Assembly (NCBI GenBank): GCA_965207065.1
Contig: OZ242260.1
Location: 2,368,001 to 2,432,000, forward strand
Direction: 5' to 3'
DNA length: 64,000 nucleotides
Source: a bacterium
GTDB lineage: Bacteria > UBA8248
Shown: positions 1 through 12,015 of the stretch, in pieces
Layout: each line of letters begins with the position of its first letter
How positions within the stretch are numbered: position 1 is the stretch's first letter
Notes under the pieces: model-generated
What the model was told of the DNA's origin: nothing
Seen by the model: only the letters and a program-made list of their open reading frames with translations
The model's database searches: none
Translations under genes and position numbers: made by a program

Positions 1-2
1 GC

Positions 3-791
3 GAGGGGATTGGACCCTGCGGCAACTGCGACGTCTGCCTCTCGCCGCCCGAGCGGGTCGATGGCACGGATGAGGCGCTCGAGGTTCTCTCGACGGTCTC
101 GCGCTCGGGAGAGCGGTTCGGCGCGGCGCACCTGATCGACGTCCTGCGCGGAAGGAATACGGAGAAGATCGCTCGTTTCGGACACGATTCCCTGCCCGCC
201 TTTGGAGCGGGCGCGGAGCGGAGCGCAAACGAGTGGCGCTCCCTGATCCGCCAGATGATCGCAGCGGGATTCCTCTGGCTGGACATCGGGGGCTACGGTG
301 GGATCGGGATCACGGAGAAGGGCCGCATGCTGCAAGGCGGCGAGGGCGAGTTCATCTACCGAAAGGACACGGTGGCGGCGCCGCGGACCGCAAGGACCAG
401 GGACCGCGGCGACGGGCCGGCGGAGCAACAACTGAGTGAACGGGAAACCACGCTTCTGGGCGCCCTCAAGGCGCTCAGGCTCGAAATCGCGAAAGAGCGC
501 AAGGTGCCCGCCTACGTCGTGTTTCACGACCGCTCGCTCATCGAGATGGCGCGCCGCCGTCCGCGCACCGAGGCTGAGTTCGCGGAGATAGGCGGCGTCG
601 GCGCCGCCAGGCTCGAAGCCTTCGCGGAGCCGTTCCTCGCCGCTATCGAGAAGGCCCTCGCCGGTGCGGACGAGAGCGCCGGAGTTCCCGGGAGCGACAT
701 TATCCAGGAGGCTTCCGAATTCTCCACACCGCTCACCGAATCAGAAGGCGCCGGCACAGGTATTTTGAGTGATACCGGACGACCTGGATAA
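3..791 (+). CDS. recQ: ATP-dependent DNA helicase RecQ, C-terminal part (Zn-binding/RQC + HRDC), 5'-truncated by window edge
   Basis: CGNCDVC at nt 18-38 is in frame with ORF 255-791; RFGAAHLIDVLRG winged helix; HRDC motif VPAYVVFHDRSLIEMA. Confidence 0.9.
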   Translation, partial: EGIGPCGNCDVCLSPPERVDGTDEALEVLSTVSRSGERFGAAHLIDVLRGRNTEKIARFGHDSLPAFGAGAERSANEWRSLIRQMIAAGFLWLDIGGYGGIGITEKGRMLQGGEGEFIYRKDTVAAPRTARTRDRGDGPAEQQLSERETTLLGALKALRLEIAKERKVPAYVVFHDRSLIEMARRRPRTEAEFAEIGGVGAARLEAFAEPFLAAIEKALAGADESAGVPGSDIIQEASEFSTPLTESEGAGTGILSDTGRPG

Positions 792-898
792 TCGTCAGGT
801 TCTTATTCACATCGGCGGAGTCGACGGCGCCGCGATGCCGGTTCGGGTCACGTCGCCGAATGCGCAGGATGAGATTCCAGTGGCAACAAGACGGCGCC

Positions 899-2068
899 CT
901 ACAGCAGGTCTTCGGCGATGCTCTCCGCCACACGCTCTGCGGACTCTCGCACCGAATCGCGCGCGAGATGCGCGTAGCGGGAGGTGGTCTCGATTCGCGC
1001 GTGGCCCAGGAGCTTCCCGATCACGGAAAGCCCCTCGCCGAGCGCGAGAGCCCTCGAGGCGAACGAATGGCGCAGGTCATGGAGGCGCACGTCATGAAGG
1101 CCCGCGCGCGAGCGGACGGCCCGCCAGGCGTCATCGAGTTTCCGGAGGTGCGTACCCGGCTTCCTGCCGGGAATGACCCAGGGACTGCCGGGGGTGCGCG
1201 GGAGAGCCGCGAGAAGTTTCACGGCAGGCTCTGAGAGCGAGATCACGCGCGCGCCCGTCTTGGAGTCTGCGAGCCTTAGTTCCGCATCGTCAAGCGCCAC
1301 CTCCTCCCAGCTTAAGCCAAGGATCTCCGACTTCCGGCATCCGGTCAGGACCAGGAGCCTGATGGCGGCCACCGCGCTCTCCGACGCGCCGCCTTTCGCC
1401 TCCGCTTCGTCCAGAGACTTCCCCAGGCGCTCCAATTCCGTCTCGGTGAGGAAGCGTTCCCGCCTGCGCCCGGGGTATTCGGCGATGGCGCGGCACGGAT
1501 TCGTCCCCTCTGGAACCATGCCCCACTCCCCTGCCAGGCGGTACATGGCGGACAGCGCCCGGACGGCCTGGTTGGCGGCCGCGGGCGTGGCGCTCAGCCG
1601 CCCGTGGAGTTCCGCCACGTGTTTGCGTTCGACCGATGCGAGGGGCAGCTTCCCGAGCGCAGGCACGACGTGCTTCAAAACCATGGAGCGGACCGTCTTC
1701 GCTGTGCTCGGCTTGCAGCGCACGGATACGTACTCTGCGAGATAGCGATTGCCGAGCTCGGCCAGAGTGGGACCGCCTGCGGGATTGAGTGGCCTGGGCA
1801 CGGCCTCCTCGCCCGCCTTGATGCGCGCGATGACGAACGCCGCGCGCTTCCTGGCCTCCTCCGCATGGATGACCCCGTGGCGGCCCACCGTCACGCGCCT
1901 GGGGCCCTCGGGACCCCGCGCCTGGGCGACGTAAACCTTGCTCCCGGTGGGATATGCCCGCACCCCGAAGCCGGTGAGGTCCCGGTCCCAGAACACCGTG
2001 TCCTTCTCGACCGTGAGTTTCGCGACCCCGCGGTTCGAGAGCGTCTTCATGATGGGCTTCGTCGTCAT
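899..2068 (-). CDS. Tyrosine recombinase/integrase with N-terminal arm-binding domain (downstream copy)
   Basis: WDRDLTGFGVR N-terminal arm-binding motif; catalytic motifs TGCRKSEI, SKTG, HDLRH, LGH, RYAH intact. Confidence 0.92.
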   Translation of the reverse strand: MTTKPIMKTLSNRGVAKLTVEKDTVFWDRDLTGFGVRAYPTGSKVYVAQARGPEGPRRVTVGRHGVIHAEEARKRAAFVIARIKAGEEAVPRPLNPAGGPTLAELGNRYLAEYVSVRCKPSTAKTVRSMVLKHVVPALGKLPLASVERKHVAELHGRLSATPAAANQAVRALSAMYRLAGEWGMVPEGTNPCRAIAEYPGRRRERFLTETELERLGKSLDEAEAKGGASESAVAAIRLLVLTGCRKSEILGLSWEEVALDDAELRLADSKTGARVISLSEPAVKLLAALPRTPGSPWVIPGRKPGTHLRKLDDAWRAVRSRAGLHDVRLHDLRHSFASRALALGEGLSVIGKLLGHARIETTSRYAHLARDSVRESAERVAESIAEDLL

Positions 2069-3246
2069 CCCTCCCTCCTCCCGTTCGTGACGTGGACGCC
2101 GATGCTCTCGCCCACACGGGCGGCCGCCGCCTTCTCGGCGTCCCGCATCAAGTGCGCGTAGCGCGCCGTGCTCACCACGTGACGATGGCCGAGCAACCTG
2201 CCGATCGTGGACAGACTCTCGCCCAGCGCCAGCGCCCGCGAGGCGTAGGAATGCCTCAGGTCATGGATCCGAACGTCGTCCAACTCCGCGCGCTCCCTCA
2301 CGGCCCCCCAGTAGTAGGAGAGGTTCCCCAGGCGGCCTCTCCCGTACTTCGAGGGGATCACCCAGGGATCCTCCGGCGAGCGGGGAATCCCGTCCAGCAC
2401 CCTGAGCGCGGGCGCCGTCAGCGGAACCATGCGAGGACCCGCCTTGGCGTCCTTGAGCCTGAACTCCCCCGCCGTGCGGTCCACATCGTCCCAGCGAAGA
2501 TCCAGGATCTCGCTCCGCCTGCATCCGGTAAGCGCAAGGAGCCTGATGGCCGCGACGGCAGGGGGCCACATCCTCCCCTCCGCCTCCAGGTCACGTAGCG
2601 CCCGGCCCAGGCGGCGGAACTCCTCTTTCGTCAGAAACCGCTCCCGCTTCCGCGTCCGGTAGCGGCGAAGCCCCCGGCACGGGTTGCTCCCGGCAGGAAC
2701 CAGGCCCCACACCTCGGCCATCTTGAACATTTTAGAGAGAAGGCCCAGGGCCGCGTTGGCGGTGGCGGGCGTCTCGCGCAGACCGTGATGGAGGTCCGTG
2801 ACCTCCGCCCGCCCGACCTCGGCGAGCGGCGTCCCGCCCAGCGCCGGAAGGATGTGATTCATGCTCATGGAGCGGTACGTCCCGGCGGTATCGGGCTTGC
2901 AGTGCGTCCCGGCATGTTCGCGCATGAAGCGCTCGACCAGGACGGCCACCGTTGGTTCCGCCTCGGGTGGCGCGGCAACGGGAGCCTCTCCGCGCCTGAT
3001 GCGGTCGATGACGCCGGCCGCCGCCTTCCTCGCCTCATCGCACGACAGCTCCCCGTGACGGCCGAGCGTCACGCGCTTCGGTCCCCACGGCCCACGTGAC
3101 TGCACCACGTAGACCTTCCGGCCCGTGGCGTAGACCCGCACACCGAAGCCGGCCAGGTCCCGGTCCCAGAAGGCGGTGTCGTTCCTCTCGACAGATAGCG
3201 CCTCGACGACGCGTTTGGTAAGCTTGATGTTGCTTCTTCTGGGCAT
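2065..3246 (-). CDS. Tyrosine recombinase/integrase with N-terminal arm-binding domain (upstream copy)
   Basis: WDRDLAGFGVR; TGCRRSEI, AKAG, HDLRH, LGH, RYAH; ATGA overlap with the paralog. Confidence 0.92.
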   Translation of the reverse strand: MPRRSNIKLTKRVVEALSVERNDTAFWDRDLAGFGVRVYATGRKVYVVQSRGPWGPKRVTLGRHGELSCDEARKAAAGVIDRIRRGEAPVAAPPEAEPTVAVLVERFMREHAGTHCKPDTAGTYRSMSMNHILPALGGTPLAEVGRAEVTDLHHGLRETPATANAALGLLSKMFKMAEVWGLVPAGSNPCRGLRRYRTRKRERFLTKEEFRRLGRALRDLEAEGRMWPPAVAAIRLLALTGCRRSEILDLRWDDVDRTAGEFRLKDAKAGPRMVPLTAPALRVLDGIPRSPEDPWVIPSKYGRGRLGNLSYYWGAVRERAELDDVRIHDLRHSYASRALALGESLSTIGRLLGHRHVVSTARYAHLMRDAEKAAAARVGESIGVHVTNGRREG

Positions 3247-3787
3247 GGGCGCTCCCTGAAAATCGTGTCACAGGCCTGAGGGTACAGGCGATCCGTAATC
3301 AATTCGCATACGTCAGACATCAAACGTGAGTCTATTAAAGCGTAATATTGACGTAAATGCAAGGAGAGGTGAAAAAGGGAATACGGTATTTAACGCTTTT
3401 ATAACAGCAACTTATCATACCTGGTCGCATGCAGTCGCACCATTGACCATGGGGCGTAATCATGAACATGTCTTTCGATAAATTTCCATAAATTTTCGAG
3501 GGGAAATGCGCGAAAATGCGGGGACTTGCGGGGCCCGAACCTGTGCGCGAAAACCGGTTCCGACGGCCTGATTCCGCCGCCGCCGCACCGGGGCGCAGGG
3601 GAATTCTGCCATTGTCCGCGCCTCGGGCGATGACGGCAAATGCGTGGAATTGCGGGGAGCTGCGCCTCTGATCAGGGCGGCCGCCCGTCGCATCAGGAGG
3701 GTGTTCGCCCGGCCCTGAAAGGCGCGCGCCACCGCATGTTCCGTGCGCCGCGTTCGAGAACGTGACGACATAAGTAGTTGATATCGC

Positions 3788-4564
<777 letters not shown>

Positions 4565-4793
4565 TTCGTCGAACTCCTTATGTGTAGCTATGTGAGGATC
4601 TCTATAGAGCGGAAAAGCCCGGATGTCCTGATTCGATGAGAAGATAGCCTATGGAACGGCGTTCGTCACCTGATGGCGCGATGGGTGAAATTTTATGAAA
4701 ATCTGAGAAATCTACTCTAGCCGATGACCGCACCCACCAACAAACGAAAGTAAACGATAAAAAATCAGTGAGTTGTCTGAGAACACCCTGTTG

Positions 4794-4820
4794 TTAGCAG
4801 CCGGACGGCTTGAGTGCTAG
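4794..4820 (+). promoter_or_regulatory. CIRCE-like element (HrcA operator) upstream of groESL
   Basis: TTAGCAGCC-N9-GAGTGCTAG versus consensus TTAGCACTC-N9-GAGTGCTAA. Confidence 0.75.
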
Positions 4821-4826
4821 TAGGAC

Positions 4827-4855
4827 TTGACAAACATTCTCATATTCCATATATA
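4827..4855 (+). promoter_or_regulatory. sigma70-type promoter of groESL
   Basis: TTGACA-17 bp-TATATA immediately after the CIRCE-like element. Confidence 0.55.
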
Positions 4856-4971
4856 CACTCGCGAATAAGGATTTGGCCGAGAGTTCGGGTGGGATTCGCC
4901 CGGAGCAAGGCACTATAGATTCAAATGTTTGGATGAGATTGCAACATTTTTCTACTGATAAGGAGGAAGTG

Positions 4972-6950
<1,979 letters not shown>

Positions 6951-6968
6951 GTTATTGTTTCGATGTTC

Positions 6969-6998
6969 AAAGGGGGCCTCTCGGGGCCCCCTTTTTTT
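6969..6998 (+). terminator. Intrinsic terminator after groEL
   Basis: AAAGGGGGCC-TCTCGG-GGCCCCCTTTTTTT hairpin plus U tract. Confidence 0.85.
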
Positions 6999-7141
6999 GT
7001 GGAGAATAGCTGCTGGGTGTTTTGAGGAGCAGTAATTCATCCCGCAAGATTAAAGCATGATGTATCTTCGCCGTATAATTCCGCTGGTTTGCCTTCTCGC
7101 ACGGATTCAAGCGATGATTTAGTTTGAACAGAGAGGGATGT

Positions 7142-8836
7142 ATGGCGAGAGAAAAACCGAAAAGACTTCCTTTCACCCTTTTCCTGGTATCGTTATCATT
7201 GCACCTGCTCGTATTCGCAGCCTCAAGCCATGAATACGTTTGGAGAGAACGCTCGAAGAAAAGCCGCCCTATCAAATTTCGAGTCTTATCCGTCGATAAA
7301 CCCGAAGAAAAACTTCCACCGAATCCCCAAAGTCGGTTTTTATCGAATGCGAACCGAAAAGAAAGTGGTTCCGGCAAACCCGGCAAGACCCCGCGCTTGA
7401 GGCGCGAAGATAGAGACTTGATTTCATCTCACCGAGGAGGAGTCGGCTCTGAAACGGCGTCAATATCACCTGCGCCGGAATCGAGGATTCCGGCTCTTTC
7501 CGTCTCTCCGACCCGGCCGCCAACGTCTCCAGCAGTCGTAAAACCAAAGCCTGAGCCTGAAAGGGAGGAAAAAAAGCGGGAAAAGAAATCTCCTGAAACT
7601 TCGGAGATAACAGAAACGCCACAGCCGACAGAGACAGCGAGCCTTGCGCCGAAACCAGAGCCTTCGGTCAAGACCCCGCCGCTCGCGATTCAAGACAAGA
7701 TACAACCAAAGGCAAAGCCGACGGCGGATAAAAAGCCAGAGAGAGAAAAAAAAGCGGCCAAAGCGATTCCGAAGATCGAGAGCAAATCCAAGCCGGTGGT
7801 CGAGAAAAAAACGGTAAGGAAAGTTGTAAAGAAAAAGCCTCGGGAGGAGAGCCAGAAAATCGAGGCGAAGGGGAAAAATTCAAAAAAGCTGGAAATGGCT
7901 GCATTGCCCCTGGCTCCAAAACCGAAGGCTCAAGTTCGAGCCCCCAAACCCGTAAGGCGAAACCCTCCGGTGGACGTAACACCGAAAACTCAGCCCCAAA
8001 AGGTGAAAAAAATACCGGTGAGAGAATCTCCTGATATTCCGGAAATAAAGAAAACGATCAAGCCCATCGAAACGACAAGTATCGCGCCGACACCCGAGCC
8101 TTCTGACAAGTCCCAATCGTCCGCTACCAAGCAGGAAGAGATACAACCAAAAGTAGTGGATAAAATGCCGGAAAAGAAGAGAATAGAATCGAAAGAGTCT
8201 CCGAGGGATAAGGACAAGCCCAATCCGGTGGTCGAGAAAAAAGCAGTAAAGAAGGTTGTAAAGAAAAAGCTTCCCAAAAAGAACAAGAAAGTCGATGAGA
8301 AGAAACAGACGAAGGAGAAGGTTGAATTGGCCGCGTTGAAACCGGTTTTTCGACCGACTCGACCGAAACGGCCAGTTCCAAAGCGGCCTCAAGCAAAGGA
8401 CCCTTTGGCGCTATTTCGAGTGAAGCCAAAACCCAAAGGCAAACCCAATCTCCCTCAGTTCGATCTCTCAGACGAGATAGCAGAGAGGATCGCGAAAAAG
8501 AGCTTATCGGACGAAGACCTGGAAAAAGAAGAGGGGGAGACCATTTCGCTTGATACGCGTGATTTTCGCTACGCTTCTTATTTCGCTCACATTAAGAGAA
8601 GAATCCAGAATGCCTGGATATGGCCTTTGGAGGCGCAAAAAAACAGAGGTGAGCTGTTGTTGCGCTTTAAGCTGAAAAAAAATGGTGCTTTGGAAGAAGT
8701 TCGTCTCATCAAATCCGCAGGGGTTCGAATTCTCGATGATTTGGCTATGGCCGCCGTCACCAAAGCGGCGCCGTTCAATCCGTTTCCGGAAGGCCTTGAA
8801 CGCAAGTCGATTACAGCCACATTCGTGTATGACTGA
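7142..8836 (+). CDS. TonB-family protein with very long Lys/Pro/Glu-rich linker
   Basis: N-terminal TM with SxxLH motif (SLSLHLL); C-terminal TonB_C-like YFAHIKRRIQNAWIWP...SAGVRILDDLAMAAVTKAAPFNPFP. Confidence 0.8.
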   Translation: MAREKPKRLPFTLFLVSLSLHLLVFAASSHEYVWRERSKKSRPIKFRVLSVDKPEEKLPPNPQSRFLSNANRKESGSGKPGKTPRLRREDRDLISSHRGGVGSETASISPAPESRIPALSVSPTRPPTSPAVVKPKPEPEREEKKREKKSPETSEITETPQPTETASLAPKPEPSVKTPPLAIQDKIQPKAKPTADKKPEREKKAAKAIPKIESKSKPVVEKKTVRKVVKKKPREESQKIEAKGKNSKKLEMAALPLAPKPKAQVRAPKPVRRNPPVDVTPKTQPQKVKKIPVRESPDIPEIKKTIKPIETTSIAPTPEPSDKSQSSATKQEEIQPKVVDKMPEKKRIESKESPRDKDKPNPVVEKKAVKKVVKKKLPKKNKKVDEKKQTKEKVELAALKPVFRPTRPKRPVPKRPQAKDPLALFRVKPKPKGKPNLPQFDLSDEIAERIAKKSLSDEDLEKEEGETISLDTRDFRYASYFAHIKRRIQNAWIWPLEAQKNRGELLLRFKLKKNGALEEVRLIKSAGVRILDDLAMAAVTKAAPFNPFPEGLERKSITATFVYD

Positions 8837-8881
8837 GCCAAGCGTGGGTATCATTTCCAAATCTTGTGGTGGTCTATTTGG

Positions 8882-8910
8882 TTGACACCATCAAGTGCTG
8901 ATTCTAGGAT
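8882..8910 (+). promoter_or_regulatory. sigma70 promoter for the DtxR/MntR regulator
   Basis: TTGACA-17 bp-TAGGAT. Confidence 0.6.
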
Positions 8911-8950
8911 GATTTTTTCGGTGATTCACTGCCAATCAGGGGATTACTCT

Positions 8951-9622
8951 TTGTCCGAATCATTGCCACGTCTAAGCAAGCAAATTGAAGATTATCTGAA
9001 GAACATCTTCAAACTTCAGCAGGAATCGTCCCCTGTCACCACGAGCGCGATAGCGGATTGTATGGAAATCTCGGCTGCGTCGGTGACGAGCATGGTCAAG
9101 AAACTCGATCATCAGGGATTGCTTACATATAAGCCGTATAAAGGGGTCGTTTTAAGCTCGAAGGGGGAGAAAGTCGCATTAGAGATTATTCGGCACCACC
9201 GGTTGCTCGAGTTGTACCTGAACCAGAAGATGGGAATTGAGTGGGACAAGGTGGATGTCGAGGCGGAAGAATTGGAGCATGTATTGAGCGAGGAGCTCGA
9301 AGCTGTTTTGGACAAGGAACTCGGCTATCCCACCCTGGATCCCCACGGCGATCCGATTCCCGCCAAAGACGGCACCATGGTTGATACGAAAGAAATCGGT
9401 CTCCTCTCGCTCGAGGCGGGAAGGGTGACGAAAATCACCCGTGTATTGCAGGATGACCCGAATATCTTGCGGTATTTGGGAGAACTTGGATTTTTCCCGG
9501 AAATGCCCATTGAGGTGATCGAGCAATCGCCTCTCGCCGGCACGGTAACGTTATTGGTCGACGGAAACAGACATACGCTGGGCCGTGATATCGCCTCTCG
9601 AATTTTCGCGCTGAATGAATAA
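8951..9622 (+). CDS. DtxR/MntR-family metal-dependent transcriptional regulator with FeoA-like C-terminal domain
   Basis: EDYLKNIF, RHHRLLELYL, EAEELEH, DPHGDPIP; TTG start inferred downstream of the promoter. Confidence 0.9.
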   Translation: MSESLPRLSKQIEDYLKNIFKLQQESSPVTTSAIADCMEISAASVTSMVKKLDHQGLLTYKPYKGVVLSSKGEKVALEIIRHHRLLELYLNQKMGIEWDKVDVEAEELEHVLSEELEAVLDKELGYPTLDPHGDPIPAKDGTMVDTKEIGLLSLEAGRVTKITRVLQDDPNILRYLGELGFFPEMPIEVIEQSPLAGTVTLLVDGNRHTLGRDIASRIFALNE

Positions 9623-9666
9623 AACCACCATCCAAAAGCTCTCAAGCATTTTCACTAGGAGAAGAC

Positions 9667-10230
9667 ATGCCTGCCAGGAAACAGACGACCAGGAAAAAAG
9701 CCGCCAAACAGGATTTTGACCACCGCTTCCGCGCCATCTACAACAAGGATGTCGAATGGCAGGAGGATGTGAGCAACGAGTTGCTGACGCTGCCGCCAGG
9801 CGTGAAGGTGAAGATTTTCGCCCATGACCCGGTGATGAAGCGCATCGACATGAAGGTGAAGTTCCCGAAAGGCTACGTGGAGCCTCGCCACACGCACAAG
9901 AGCTGGCATTCGATTCTGGTGACTCGTGGCAGGATGTGCGTGGCGGGCAAGGATTTGAGGCCGGGCGATTACGTTTTCGGGTGGGATTTGCCGCACGGTC
10001 CGTATGAATATCCAGACGGCTGTGAGGTTTTCGTCGTCTTCATGGGCGAAGGCACGCAGCATGTCTGGGAAGAAGAAAAGCATCTCAAGCACAAACTGAA
10101 ATGGGAAGCGAGGTCGGCCGCGGGCAAAAAAGCCGCCGCCGAGGGCGATACGGCGAGAAAGCAGGCGTTGGCCGAAAAAAGAACGGCCGCGAAGTCCAAG
10201 GCGAAGCGAAAGACGCGTCGCTCGGGATGA
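9667..10230 (+). CDS. Cupin-domain protein (ChrR-like) with basic N- and C-terminal tails
   Basis: PRHTH...LVTRG and PHGPY cupin motifs; SD AGGAG. Confidence 0.65.
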   Translation: MPARKQTTRKKAAKQDFDHRFRAIYNKDVEWQEDVSNELLTLPPGVKVKIFAHDPVMKRIDMKVKFPKGYVEPRHTHKSWHSILVTRGRMCVAGKDLRPGDYVFGWDLPHGPYEYPDGCEVFVVFMGEGTQHVWEEEKHLKHKLKWEARSAAGKKAAAEGDTARKQALAEKRTAAKSKAKRKTRRSG

Positions 10231-10234
10231 GAAG

Positions 10235-11254
10235 ATGACGCCGCAGCGAATCGCCGTAATCGGCGCCGGCGCCTGGGGGACGGCCCTGGCGGATTCGTTC
10301 GCAGAAACCGGCCACGAGGTGATGCTCTGGGTTTTCGAGGCCGACCTTTGCGCCCGCATGGCGTCCCACGGTGAAAACGACCTGTATCTCCCCGGAATCA
10401 CCCTGCATGAGAATTTGCGTTTCACCTCCGATCTGGCCGAAGCCGCCTCGGCGGGGCAGGACGTTCTCGTGAGCGTGATGCCGAGCCACGTCGTCCGGGC
10501 GGTGTGGACGAAGCTGGCGGCCTGGGTTCACGAGGAAACGCTCATTGCAAGCGCCACGAAGGGGGTGGAAGAGAAAACTCTGCTCCTGCCCACCCGGATT
10601 ATCACCGAATGCATCGGTGCGGCGGGCGGCGCCGAGCGCGCCCTCGCTTGCCTCTCGGGGCCGACGTTCGCCCGAGAACTCGCGGAGAGAAAACCCACGG
10701 CCATCACGGCGGCGTCCGAAGATCCCGAAGTGGCGAACGCGATTCAGGAGATGCTCTCGGCCCCCAATTTCAGGATATACACGGGCGCCGATCCGGTCGG
10801 CGCGCAGCTCGGCGGTGCGCTCAAGAACGTCATCGCCCTGGCGGCGGGAGTCGCCGACGGCATGGAACTTGGGTTTAACGCGCGGGCGGCGCTCATCGTG
10901 CGCGGGCTGGCGGAAATCGCGCGTCTCGGGGTGGCGATGGGCGGCCGGGCGGAGACCTTCGCGGGCTTGGCGGGCATGGGCGATCTGGTGCTCACCTGCA
11001 CGGGCGATCTGAGCCGGAACAGGACGGTGGGCGTGCGGCTGGGGCAGGGCGAGCCCTTGCAGAAGATACTCGAATCCATGACGGCCGTGGCCGAGGGCGT
11101 ATCCACAGCACCTGCGGCCGTGGGGCTCGCGGATAAGCACGGCGTGGAGATGCCCATATGCCGCGAGGTGCACGCCGTGTTGTTCGAGGGCCGGAACCCC
11201 GGGGACGCCGTGCGGGACCTCATGGCGCGTCCGCTCCGGGCCGAGCTCCCCTAG
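10235..11254 (+). CDS. gpsA: NAD(P)H-dependent glycerol-3-phosphate dehydrogenase
   Basis: GAGAWGTALA, LSGPTFA, GGALKNVIA, GMGDLVLTCTGDLSRNR. Confidence 0.95.
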   Translation: MTPQRIAVIGAGAWGTALADSFAETGHEVMLWVFEADLCARMASHGENDLYLPGITLHENLRFTSDLAEAASAGQDVLVSVMPSHVVRAVWTKLAAWVHEETLIASATKGVEEKTLLLPTRIITECIGAAGGAERALACLSGPTFARELAERKPTAITAASEDPEVANAIQEMLSAPNFRIYTGADPVGAQLGGALKNVIALAAGVADGMELGFNARAALIVRGLAEIARLGVAMGGRAETFAGLAGMGDLVLTCTGDLSRNRTVGVRLGQGEPLQKILESMTAVAEGVSTAPAAVGLADKHGVEMPICREVHAVLFEGRNPGDAVRDLMARPLRAELP

Positions 11255-11786
11255 GGGGCCGCGCCCAGATGCGGGCAGTTGCGGGCAAATGCGCGGGAGG
11301 CGAAAAACTTTTTTGCCGCCGGATCTGAGTGTGATGCGCTCATATATGTATGATAACTCTTTGTATTAAAATCAATTACAGCAGACATGATTTTCAGGAA
11401 TTTATCGAAAAACCCCGTGAATTTATCGAATTTTATCGAAAATAGGATTATTTTCATTTCTGCGCCGTCCTTGAATCCATCCGCGCGATTCCTTTTTTCG
11501 CGATAATCGAAGCCGAGCGAGGAGGGCGGGTTCACGCTTCTGTAGAGGCAGCTCGCGAGCTGCCCGTGTTCTTCAGAAGATGGATGGGTCGTTCCGGCGG
11601 AGAATGCAGCAATCACCGCCTTCACTCTCGCCCAAATGCCTGATTCCATGAGAATGCCCCTCTCCCGTCAGCCCGATTCCAACCTGTGCGCAAGAAATCG
11701 TTTTCCCGCGTCGCGCGCACGATAGCGCAGACGTGGATTTCAGCGAATACGGCAATTGCGGGCAAATGCGCGGCGTGTTGTTTGTT

Positions 11787-11861
11787 GTAGGGGCGGACCC
11801 CTGTGTCCGCCCTAATGCGTTAGAGGGTAACGATACCGTAGGGGCGGCTCGCGAGCCGCCC
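11787..11861 (+). repeat. Two GTAG-type REP palindromes
   Basis: GTAG-GGGCGGAC-CCCTGT-GTCCGCCC (11787-11812) and GTAG-GGGCGGCT-CGCG-AGCCGCCC (11838-11861). Confidence 0.8.
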
Positions 11862-12015
11862 GCGGGTTTGGGCAATCACAAAAACCGCCGGTTGACCACC
11901 ACATATAAGGCCCATACCGAGCCGCTCCTTGCGCATCCCAACGCAATCGGCGAAAATTGAAAGCCATGAGTCCGGTTTCGCAGGAGTCTTATCCATCAAT
12001 ACCTGGAGATTATTC

